Source of the DNA: Williopsis jadinii
Taxonomy: Eukaryota
Length of the DNA: 64,000 bases
Reading direction: 5' to 3'
Assembly: GCA_024346625.1 (NCBI GenBank)
Contig: AP024664.1
Span: forward strand, 1,922,001 to 1,986,000
This document shows, piece after piece, positions 55,548-64,000 of the stretch. The notes below the pieces were generated by a model. The model had not been told where the DNA came from, ran no database searches, and saw nothing but the letters and a program-made list of their open reading frames with translations. Position numbers and translations under genes: made by a program. Each line of letters begins with the position of its first letter. The first letter of the stretch is position 1.

Positions 55548-58500
55548 ATGTCATACCACTCTCGACAGCCAAGTGTGGCATCATCGCTTCTATCGTCGAT
55601 GACGTTCAACAACAACACATCACAGATTAACAAGATTGGGCCATGGCGTCTTGGGAAGACGCTGGGTGCTGGTTCCACTGGCCGTGTCCTACTGGCAGAG
55701 AACGTGAACTCCGGCCAAAGGGCAGCTGTTAAAGTGATCTCCAAGAGCGTTCTCAACTCGTTGGAACAGGCTGATGACAAGGGACGCGATGCTGCTGGTT
55801 TGGCGTACGGAATCGAAAGAGAGATAATCATCATGAAGCTTCTCAACCATCCAAACGTGCTGAGACTGTACGACGTTTGGGAGACCTCGAAATCGTTGTA
55901 CTTGATCTTGGAGTACGTCGAAGGTGGTGAGTTGTTCGACTTGCTCGTTGAAAGGGGCCCGTTGGGCGAAGAGGAGGCTGTGCGCTACTTCAGACAGATT
56001 ATCATGGGTGCATCCTACTGCCATGCCCTGGGTATCTGTCACAGAGATTTGAAACCGGAGAACTTGTTGCTGGACCACGATCTCAACGTCAAATTGGCTG
56101 ACTTTGGCATGGCTGCTTTGGAGAACAACGATAGGCTGCTAGAGACGAGTTGTGGCTCGCCTCACTACGCTGCACCTGAGATTGTTTCCGGTAAGAGATA
56201 CCATGGGTTTGAAAGCGATGTGTGGTCGTGCGGTGTTATTCTCTTTGCTCTGCTAACAGGAAGATTGCCATTTGACGACGAGAACATTAGAAGCTTGTTG
56301 TTAAAGGTGCAAAGTGGTGTTTTCGAGATGCCAACAGAGCTATCAAAGGAGGCTCAGGATTTGATCTCAAAGATGCTGTGTATCAATCCGGATAACAGAA
56401 TCAAGACCCATAAAGTGTTAGAACATCCATTGCTGCAGAAGTACCCAATCTCTCCTGTTGACTCGAAGACCATGAAGGAATTGCCTAATCCAAACAGCTA
56501 TCTCAACCAGATTGCTGGACGTGAGGATATCGATGAGTCGATCCTGCGTAACCTGGTTATCCTGTGGCATGGTAGAGACAAGTCTGAGATCATTGACAAC
56601 CTGTTGACACCGGAATCCACCACGGAGAAGATCTTCTACTTCCTCTTGCTCCGTTATAGACACAACCAGTCGAATTCGTCACTGATCAGATCGTTGTCCA
56701 TTGCAAAGTCTGTGACCAACAACAACCTCAGAAATAGCGTTACTGCTTCCTCTTCAACGTCGTTCAAGTCGAAGAAGAACAGACGTTCGCTGATCTCTGC
56801 GTCCTCATCGCATAGAAAGTCTGTATCTTTCAACAACAAGCGCAAATCCTTGACAGACTCTCCGAAACGTCAATCTCCAAAGCGTCAATCCGTTGGTCCT
56901 TTCACTGACGAGAATCAACCTCCTGTTCCACGTCATGTCTATGAAGCTGCTACGGGTGCTTCCACGGGTGCTGCTGCTGTTTCTACTGCTGGTGCCACCT
57001 CCAACAGTAAGAGACGTTCCGTGAGAGCTTCATTGCTTCCAAACAAACGTTCCTCCATCACTACAAAGCTGATCTCTGTGTATTCGAAGCTGGCCAATGA
57101 TAACGAATGGGTTTACATTGACCAGGAAGCTAAAAGGGCCAGCTCGGATTTCGCTACACTCTGTGATGAGATCTTCGAACACGAGAAGTACGAACAGATG
57201 AGACTGGAACAAGCTAAACGTCAAGCTGAACTGGAAGCCAAGCGAGAACAAGAGAGGCTGGAACAGCTGAGAATTGAGGAGGAAGAGAGAGCGATCAGAG
57301 AACACGAAAGAGCTGAGGTTGATGCTAGAACGGAAGCTGAGGCCAAGAGAAGAGCTGAAGCTGAGGCTGAAGCCAAGCTTGTCTCACAGAGTGATGAAAA
57401 CGATAAGTATGATCATGAACCAAAGCTCGAAAACGCAAAGCTTCGTTCCACTTCTGGCCCTCAATCTAGAGCTTCGCAGTTGCTTGATCGTGATGAGATT
57501 CTCAAGATTCAGAAGCGTGCTACTACTAATCCGTTTCAAACAAGACCAAAGTCTAAGCTGGATCCGGGCCTCAACTTCAACGCAGAGGATTGGAGACAAT
57601 CCAAGGTGCTCTATGACGAGAATGACTTTGTTACACAGGCAATCCGTAGGTCTAAGTTCCTCGGTTCCAAATATGATCTGAGCATAAAACGTGCATCTAC
57701 AATCAAGAAGAACCAGGACTTTGATTTTAACCATCCTTCAGATGAACCTGACGCTTCGCAGCCTGATGCCCTTGTTGAAGGTGTACAATGGGATGGACCA
57801 AAGACGATAGCAGACGTTAAGATTCCACAAGTTACCAGAAAATCAAGGCTCTATTCTTCCTCCAATAAGAGATTGAGTGTGTTGTCTATCTACTCTACAA
57901 AGGCCTCATATAAAGATCTTGCTTCGAAGTTACATAATTTACAAGAAGCTGAGGCCTCAAGAGGTGTTGTCGATGCTCCACCTCTGAAGGAAACTATCAG
58001 AGAGGAGATCAGAGAAGAGACTGCTGAAACTAAACCAGCTGCTGTTGAGTCTGAGGAATCTACTGCTTCTAAAGGTTTGAGAATGAGCTTTGCTGATAGA
58101 TTGACTGCATTGGAGAGCAATGACGAAGGCACTAGTTCAGAACCAAAAGATGGGGCTGCGGTTGTTGTTGTGGAAGTTGATGATCCTGTTGACGGTCAGA
58201 AGAAGAACATTGACCTCCCAACATTGCCAGACCTTGATGATAGCTCTCTCGGGCAAAAGATTTCTGCTGCAGACAAGAAGGCTGGTACGTTGAAGAAGTC
58301 ACCATTGCCGACTCCGAAGCAGAGATTTGAGCTATACAAAGATTCTTCCGATGAACAGCCAGTTGACTCTGATGCTCCACCATTACCATTGCCTAAAGCA
58401 CCAAGAACTTCAACGAAAGATAAGAAGCCGTTGGATGATATCACCAAGGATGAGAACAAGCGCAATGTCAGTGGTGGTTCTTTCTTTAGAAAGTGGTCAA

Positions 58501-58904
58501 AGGGTAAGAAAGAGATGGATGAATTGGACAGAAGAGGTGGTTCGTCGTTCTTCCGCATATTCAGCTCTGGCTCTTCCAAGCCAATGAAGAAGACTTTGAA
58601 CACTGTTTATGATCCAAGCGAGATGTATATGACTTTGAAGAGACTTCTCAACGGCTGGTCTGATTACGGACTGGGAAGACTATCAAACAACGATACTGAA
58701 CTGACCATAAGTGGTGAGATCACCAAGAACAACGTCATTGGTGTCAATCGTGCACAATTCAAGGTGTACGTTGAAAAACATGGCAAGAAAGGCTCCAAGG
58801 TTACCTTCAATAAAGTGAAGGGTTCTTCAAAGACGTTCAAGACGCTTGTTGACGAAATTGAACGCATCATGGCAAGAGAGAACGTACTGGCGTTCAGCGC
58901 ATGA
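55548..58904 (+). CDS. GIN4: Nim1-family septin-associated kinase Gin4/Kcc4
   Basis: IGPWRLGKTLG.GSTGRV, YGIEREIIIMKLL, HRDLKPEN, TSCGSPHYAAPE; NKRLSVLS; C-terminal KA1-like domain. Confidence 0.9.
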   Translation: MSYHSRQPSVASSLLSSMTFNNNTSQINKIGPWRLGKTLGAGSTGRVLLAENVNSGQRAAVKVISKSVLNSLEQADDKGRDAAGLAYGIEREIIIMKLLNHPNVLRLYDVWETSKSLYLILEYVEGGELFDLLVERGPLGEEEAVRYFRQIIMGASYCHALGICHRDLKPENLLLDHDLNVKLADFGMAALENNDRLLETSCGSPHYAAPEIVSGKRYHGFESDVWSCGVILFALLTGRLPFDDENIRSLLLKVQSGVFEMPTELSKEAQDLISKMLCINPDNRIKTHKVLEHPLLQKYPISPVDSKTMKELPNPNSYLNQIAGREDIDESILRNLVILWHGRDKSEIIDNLLTPESTTEKIFYFLLLRYRHNQSNSSLIRSLSIAKSVTNNNLRNSVTASSSTSFKSKKNRRSLISASSSHRKSVSFNNKRKSLTDSPKRQSPKRQSVGPFTDENQPPVPRHVYEAATGASTGAAAVSTAGATSNSKRRSVRASLLPNKRSSITTKLISVYSKLANDNEWVYIDQEAKRASSDFATLCDEIFEHEKYEQMRLEQAKRQAELEAKREQERLEQLRIEEEERAIREHERAEVDARTEAEAKRRAEAEAEAKLVSQSDENDKYDHEPKLENAKLRSTSGPQSRASQLLDRDEILKIQKRATTNPFQTRPKSKLDPGLNFNAEDWRQSKVLYDENDFVTQAIRRSKFLGSKYDLSIKRASTIKKNQDFDFNHPSDEPDASQPDALVEGVQWDGPKTIADVKIPQVTRKSRLYSSSNKRLSVLSIYSTKASYKDLASKLHNLQEAEASRGVVDAPPLKETIREEIREETAETKPAAVESEESTASKGLRMSFADRLTALESNDEGTSSEPKDGAAVVVVEVDDPVDGQKKNIDLPTLPDLDDSSLGQKISAADKKAGTLKKSPLPTPKQRFELYKDSSDEQPVDSDAPPLPLPKAPRTSTKDKKPLDDITKDENKRNVSGGSFFRKWSKGKKEMDELDRRGGSSFFRIFSSGSSKPMKKTLNTVYDPSEMYMTLKRLLNGWSDYGLGRLSNNDTELTISGEITKNNVIGVNRAQFKVYVEKHGKKGSKVTFNKVKGSSKTFKTLVDEIERIMARENVLAFSA

Positions 58905-59854
58905 GACACGACAAGTTCTGTACATTAGAGATATGGGTTCTGCGTTATACCCTGTATATTAGATTTGTTTAAAGACTCTTAATTTTGAATTAATTTTATA
59001 TCATACAAAGGATAGGCCAATTTAATAAGACAAGGGGTATGTGTGGCTGGACATAATTACTGTTGTTATCTCACTCGTGACAGTTTAATGTGACGAGTCT
59101 CTACGTTCGTTCCAATTCTGCAGTTTAAATAATTCCTGTAGCCCTGTTATTAACACCACAGCTACGTTGGCAATTGAAACTCTGCTATATTTGGTCTGAA
59201 CTGAGGGTCTTTGAGCGGGACAATGTTGGTTACATGACCTTGCGTGACACGAAATTTCGAAAGGGATTCAATTGTGTGTCTGAACTTCTATGGACGTGTC
59301 ATGCGGACACCGTTACGAAAAGTGGTTTATATTTACTATGCTGTTTAAAATACAAAGTTCGGACTAAATTAGCGCCACCGAGGGGCTGGGAGGTGTTTGG
59401 CCATGACGTGGTTAAATTTATACCCGGGACTTTGACGTATAATCGATCACATAGGACTATCTAGACAAGAACCATTGATCTCCATGGCCACTGGTAGCTA
59501 TGATCAAGACCACGGTGATCACCAAAGACGGTCAAGTCATCAGTGGTCAATAGATTTGTGATCTTGGTCACCTGACCATCCACCGGTGTTTTAGCAGTCT
59601 CATATTTTCCCCACGTTAGTCGCAACTTGCAACAGGGGCGCAAATTCCCCACAAGTCGTGGCCCTTGACACCCAAGGAAGCAAAAGAAAAGAGGAAAACC
59701 TGGAGACATAAAAAAAGGGAAAAACTTTCTTGATGATCAAAGCCCCAAGAATTACAACAAAAGCAGTCACCAAAGAAAGACTAGAGAAGACTTGAAAGAA
59801 GAGGACGACGAGATCAAAGGGGAAAAGACCATTAGAATACATCTTCCATAGACA

Positions 59855-61330
59855 ATGAGCCATAACATCTGGAACCCGTCGTTTGGTAGGAACGTGTTCG
59901 AGAAGAAAGAGAGCGGCGACGTGCCATTGTCCCCGGACTTGTTAATCTCCAAGCTAAACGGCCTGTCAATGTCACCACAGTACACAAACTTTGTACATTC
60001 TCTTGACGGCCAGACACTGATCAATGAACAACTTACCAACGACGAGCACGAGAACTACACGTTCCACCTTCCTCCAGAGCTCCAAGGAGGTGTGTCAAAC
60101 ATCAACTCTCGTAGACCGTCGTTTGCAGCTGAACAGATGTTGATGTCTTCAGCCAACGAGTCAAAATTGCAGTACAATGACCAGTTCAGTGCGGATTTTA
60201 TCCCACAACAGTTTACTCATACAAACCTCGTGAACTTCCAGTCTAGAAGACCGAGTATTCAGGTTTCATCTGCATACAGCTGGGACCCTATGGCTCAACA
60301 GCAGTACATTCCTCCTCCTCCACAGCAACAACAACTACATCAGCAACAGCAACAGCAACAGTACTTCTCTTCACAGCAACCACAACAGCAACAGCAACAA
60401 ATCCTGGAACTGGATAATGGGTTATTGTTAAATGCTGGTGTCATCATTTCTTCGTTGCCTCTGCAGCAGACTTATCAAAAGACTTCAAGATACTTTTGCG
60501 CCAGCTCTGCCAATGCTCTGTACTTGGAACTTCGTTCCCAACTGGAGTCCTCAAGATTCTTGCAGAAAGTTGTTATGAACCTGAAGAAGCTGAACAACAT
60601 GTTCAGTCTGATGAAGACTCTGGTCTTGGTTTTAACCAAATCTGGTAAATATGAGATTCTGTCCATGCCAATGAACTCAAACATGATGCTACAACAGGGC
60701 GATGTTGTTATCGTTGATGGAGATCGTGGAAAGGATTTGGTTTATGTGCTGGATCCTATGTTATCCCTAGACCTTGCTATCTTGATCAACTATTTGAAGA
60801 AGCGTCAGCATGCCAAATCTATCTCGTATGGTGGAACGGTCAACAATAACGGGTTGGATATCTCCAATACCGCTGCTGACTTGGTTAAGGGACAAGGTAT
60901 CTTGGATGATGAAACACAGTTCCAAATCCCTTCCAAGCAGGTTTTGCGCTTTGCAACATTCCAAGAAGTTGGCAACCTTCAGTTCAAGCTGATTGAAGAG
61001 ATCAAATCTTTCAAGACGTCCTTGTTAAAGATATCAAACCAGCCTTTACTCAACAACAATTTGACCATCCTGTCATCAGAATACCAATTTGACCAGAAGA
61101 AGTTGACATTCTTCTACTGTTCATCTCAACGGTTAGATTTCCGCAATTTGATTAAAGAACTGTTCAAGATCTACAAGACACGGATTTGGCTGTGTGCAGT
61201 TCCAAAGCCTGGAAATGGCCTGGTGAACTTGGATATGAATAACGACACCAAATTGGAAGAGTGTAACGTTGACGACTTCCATGTGAGAAACTTTAGAGGA
61301 ACACTCAAAGAATTGATTAACGAATCATAA
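59855..61330 (+). CDS. PSP1: Psp1-family protein (PSP1 C-terminal domain, polyQ)
   Basis: RRPS motifs, GDVVIVDGDRGKDL, EYQFDQKKLTFFY...RLDFRNLIKELFKIYKTRIWLCAV. Confidence 0.88.
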   Translation: MSHNIWNPSFGRNVFEKKESGDVPLSPDLLISKLNGLSMSPQYTNFVHSLDGQTLINEQLTNDEHENYTFHLPPELQGGVSNINSRRPSFAAEQMLMSSANESKLQYNDQFSADFIPQQFTHTNLVNFQSRRPSIQVSSAYSWDPMAQQQYIPPPPQQQQLHQQQQQQQYFSSQQPQQQQQQILELDNGLLLNAGVIISSLPLQQTYQKTSRYFCASSANALYLELRSQLESSRFLQKVVMNLKKLNNMFSLMKTLVLVLTKSGKYEILSMPMNSNMMLQQGDVVIVDGDRGKDLVYVLDPMLSLDLAILINYLKKRQHAKSISYGGTVNNNGLDISNTAADLVKGQGILDDETQFQIPSKQVLRFATFQEVGNLQFKLIEEIKSFKTSLLKISNQPLLNNNLTILSSEYQFDQKKLTFFYCSSQRLDFRNLIKELFKIYKTRIWLCAVPKPGNGLVNLDMNNDTKLEECNVDDFHVRNFRGTLKELINES

Positions 61331-61599
61331 TTTCAACAGAGAAAGGGGTCGGATTATGATGGGCCTGTCTGTGTTCTTTTTTTTTTTTTACTATACAGTT
61401 TGATAGATACAATAGATCTCATGAATGTTATGATAAGATCGGGATTACACTACATTGAAGTATATAACGAGAGGGATATACATACGATTAAGCTAAATGT
61501 GATATTTATATATATATTTTTTGTGATTTTGAATTTATGAGTGTTTCTATGGCACATGGCCTCTTAGTAACCAGCTCTAATGTCTATATTGAGCTCTGC

Positions 61600-62488
61600 T
61601 CATTGAACGGTGTTGTATACTGGTAGGACGATATCAGGGTCGGCCGACTCATTGTCCAAGTAAACTGGCTCTTTCCCTTTGAACATCTTGAACCAGACGA
61701 GATGGCTGATCAGCACACCAATGACACCACCCATCACAATGTCTCCGAAATGGTGTCTGTAATCCTGAGTACGGCTAAGGGCAATCCACAGTGCTAACCA
61801 CTCTGGCAATGAGGCAATGATGACTTTCCAAAAGTGCACGGACGATGACAAGATATCAAACTTGACAAAGATCCAAATGCTGACCAAGTGCAACCCAGCA
61901 TAAGCCAGGGCAGAGTGTCCGGAAGGTGTTGAGCGCAAACCTTCGAGGAGCACCTGTCTATCACCGGTACAGATACTAATGTCATATGTTGTCTTGCCAG
62001 CCACGAGTCTCTTGATATCTGGCTGGCAGCGGGCAATGAAGTCAGGTCTTGGTCTGGCAATCCAATTCTTCAAGATGACAACCAGGAACAACGTCAAGCT
62101 GATGGACATCACCAATGCCAGCACAGAGATGTGCAAATGGTGGAGGTTTCTCTTCTTCAAGTTCGAGAAGTTGAACTTGGCCTCGATGAGCTCTGAGAGC
62201 ACGATGATAGTGCCGGGAACGATGAAGGCGAGCGACTGGCTCCCACCGTGGTTAGTACTTGTTTCTTCTTCTTCTTCTTAACAGCGTCGAAACACCGGAA
62301 CAACTTACAAGACATAGGAAGTCGGAAACCTGTTCGTACTCCGTATACGGGTGCTGAAGCGAAGGATCAGTGACGTCGAATTCCCTAAGGAAAGGAGGTG
62401 TCCTGTTCCCGATAAAGAGAACGTAGAACTGCAACGCTGCGCACAGACACCAGTCCTCCGTGTACTGGGCTAAAAGAGACAAAAACAT
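61600..62488 (-). CDS. DPP1: PAP2 lipid-phosphate phosphatase, Dpp1/Lpp1 family (exons 62488-62309 and 62235-61600)
   Basis: KNWIARPRP, PSGH, SRTQDYRHHFGD catalytic motifs. A 73-nt phase-0 intron (GTAAGT...TACTAAC...CAG) joins the two ORF-track fragments into 271 aa. Confidence 0.85.
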
Positions 62489-62773
62489 TGGGGAAAACGG
62501 TTCTTTCTACACAGCAAAAGCCAAACAAGCATCCGTTAACAGGTGGAAAAGGTTTCGAGAAGAAAGCTCGCCATTCTATGCCTAACGAGCCCGGAAAAAA
62601 CAAAGCCTAAAGGGGAAAAAACAGCTGAGCCTGGTGGAGGCTGCGGTGGAAAAATTTTCGTGCATGTCTTAGTTCGGCGTCAATGCCCGTGTATGCACAG
62701 GTGATGGGGTGGGATGAGAAGTTTTGGCTTGTTCAATGGGTTTTTGGAGAGGATTTGAAGGTGTGAAGGGTGG

Positions 62774-64000
62774 TCATTTCTTGGTGTTTTGATGTTCACT
62801 GATGTGCAATTGGTTCATTAGATCGCTTGCCTTCATGAAGTTTGGGGAGTGGATGCCCGTGACTGGCGAGTTTGTGAGCGAGACTTGGGGGTTTTCGGCT
62901 GCAGGGAAGAACCCTTCTCTGAGGGAGTGAGGTGATTCCAGGAGCTCTGCATCGAGGTCGTCCTCGTCGGAGTAGGCGGTTCCATCGTCATCCACGTCAT
63001 CATCATCTTCTTCATCTTCTTCATCTTCTTCATCTTCTTCATTGTCGTATTCGTCTTCATCTCCATCATCTTCTTCATCTTCATCACCATCGTCGTATTC
63101 GTCGTATTCGTCATCGGCATCCTTATCCTCATCCTCATCCTCATCCTCATCATATTCATAATCCTCATCTTCCTCCTCGTTGTAATCCTTCGTAACATCA
63201 TCAAGCGTCACCCTATGTGCCATCTGCGGCACATCAATAGACCCATCATCTCTGGAATCGTCACCACCGGTCTCCTCGTCGCTCAAATCGCTCAATTCCG
63301 GTAACGGTTCTCTCCAAAAGTTGACATCCGTATACGTCTCGTTGACAACACCTGTACTGACCGGTGGGAAGAAATGATCAACTAATTCGTTGATATACAC
63401 ATACGAGCTCTTCAGCCCGGCAAGCTCCAACAACTCCATGTGTACTTCACCAACTGGGTTGATCGTAAAGATCCTCGAACTTGGTATGCCAACAGATCTA
63501 TAGCTCAAGGCATCGGTAATTCTATTACCAAACCCAGCGTAGAACGGAGTCCCTAGCTCTCCATAAAGGTTCTTCAGGTCGCCTAAACACGCCATCTTGA
63601 ACACCTCTGGTTTTTTCAAGACAACCTCTCTTTTCAACGCTGCCAAGGTCCGATCTGGTGATAAAATAACAGGGCCATTTGGAAGCTGTACCCCATCCTG
63701 ATCAATCGACCGTAAGTAAGCCCTCGTGGAGTCTGCTTGGCCAACAGATCTCGCAGTTAAATACATAATATTGTATCCGTTCAGCTCAATGTCTGTGAAC
63801 AGCTTAGCAACACCAGGATGCGTCCAATCACGGCCCAGCATCGTCAAGACGTGTCCAAGCGCATCTGATTTGGTAATGGTGCCATCGATATCTGATATCA
63901 CGATTGGCACGTCATGTTTCCATAAAAACAGCTTCGAGTTGATCAGTGCTTTCCCTTTATTGACGCTGAAACAGATATCATTCTCACCTGGTTTCAAATC
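62774..64000 (-). CDS. PAH1: Lipin phosphatidate phosphatase Pah1, 3' part (start lies beyond the window)
   Basis: HAD motif DIDGT, ITKSDALGH, FYAGFGNRITDA, NFWREPLP, acidic tail. Confidence 0.95.
   Translation of the reverse strand, partial: DLKPGENDICFSVNKGKALINSKLFLWKHDVPIVISDIDGTITKSDALGHVLTMLGRDWTHPGVAKLFTDIELNGYNIMYLTARSVGQADSTRAYLRSIDQDGVQLPNGPVILSPDRTLAALKREVVLKKPEVFKMACLGDLKNLYGELGTPFYAGFGNRITDALSYRSVGIPSSRIFTINPVGEVHMELLELAGLKSSYVYINELVDHFFPPVSTGVVNETYTDVNFWREPLPELSDLSDEETGGDDSRDDGSIDVPQMAHRVTLDDVTKDYNEEEDEDYEYDEDEDEDEDKDADDEYDEYDDGDEDEEDDGDEDEYDNEEDEEDEEDEEDDDDVDDDGTAYSDEDDLDAELLESPHSLREGFFPAAENPQVSLTNSPVTGIHSPNFMKASDLMNQLHISEHQNTKK

Overview
Gene-dense nuclear DNA from a budding yeast (Saccharomycotina). 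CTG codons fall at conserved Leu positions (standard code), a respiratory complex I subunit is present, and introns are few and short with GTRAGT donors and (TA)CTAAC branch points. This fits a non-Saccharomyces, non-CTG-clade yeast; the species is not determined. The window holds about 25 protein genes: DH-PH RhoGEF, RTC3, OLE1-like desaturase, RQC1, complex I ESSS subunit, NAM8, SWR1, TAF2, two HNM1-like permeases, FUS1, KRR1, PIK1, MRC1, VAC17, TOS4/PLM2, RPL37, LCD1, EMG1, PRM1, SMT3, GIN4, PSP1, DPP1-like and partial PAH1. It also has one tRNA-Gln(UUG) and one HNM1 pseudogene. Main points: (1) an intron-split 61-aa Cys/His microprotein gene missed by the ORF track; (2) a SUMO gene whose diglycine sits on an 18-nt last coding exon behind a stop-free intron; (3) a three-copy HNM1 array with a mosaic, microhomology-deleted pseudogene and apparently different promoters; (4) a desaturase with a His-to-Asn change in a catalytic His box; (5) three cell-fusion genes in a block resembling the yeast mating-type chromosome. 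No mobile element, CRISPR array or clearly novel multi-gene system could be supported. Family calls come from recognised motifs, not database searches.
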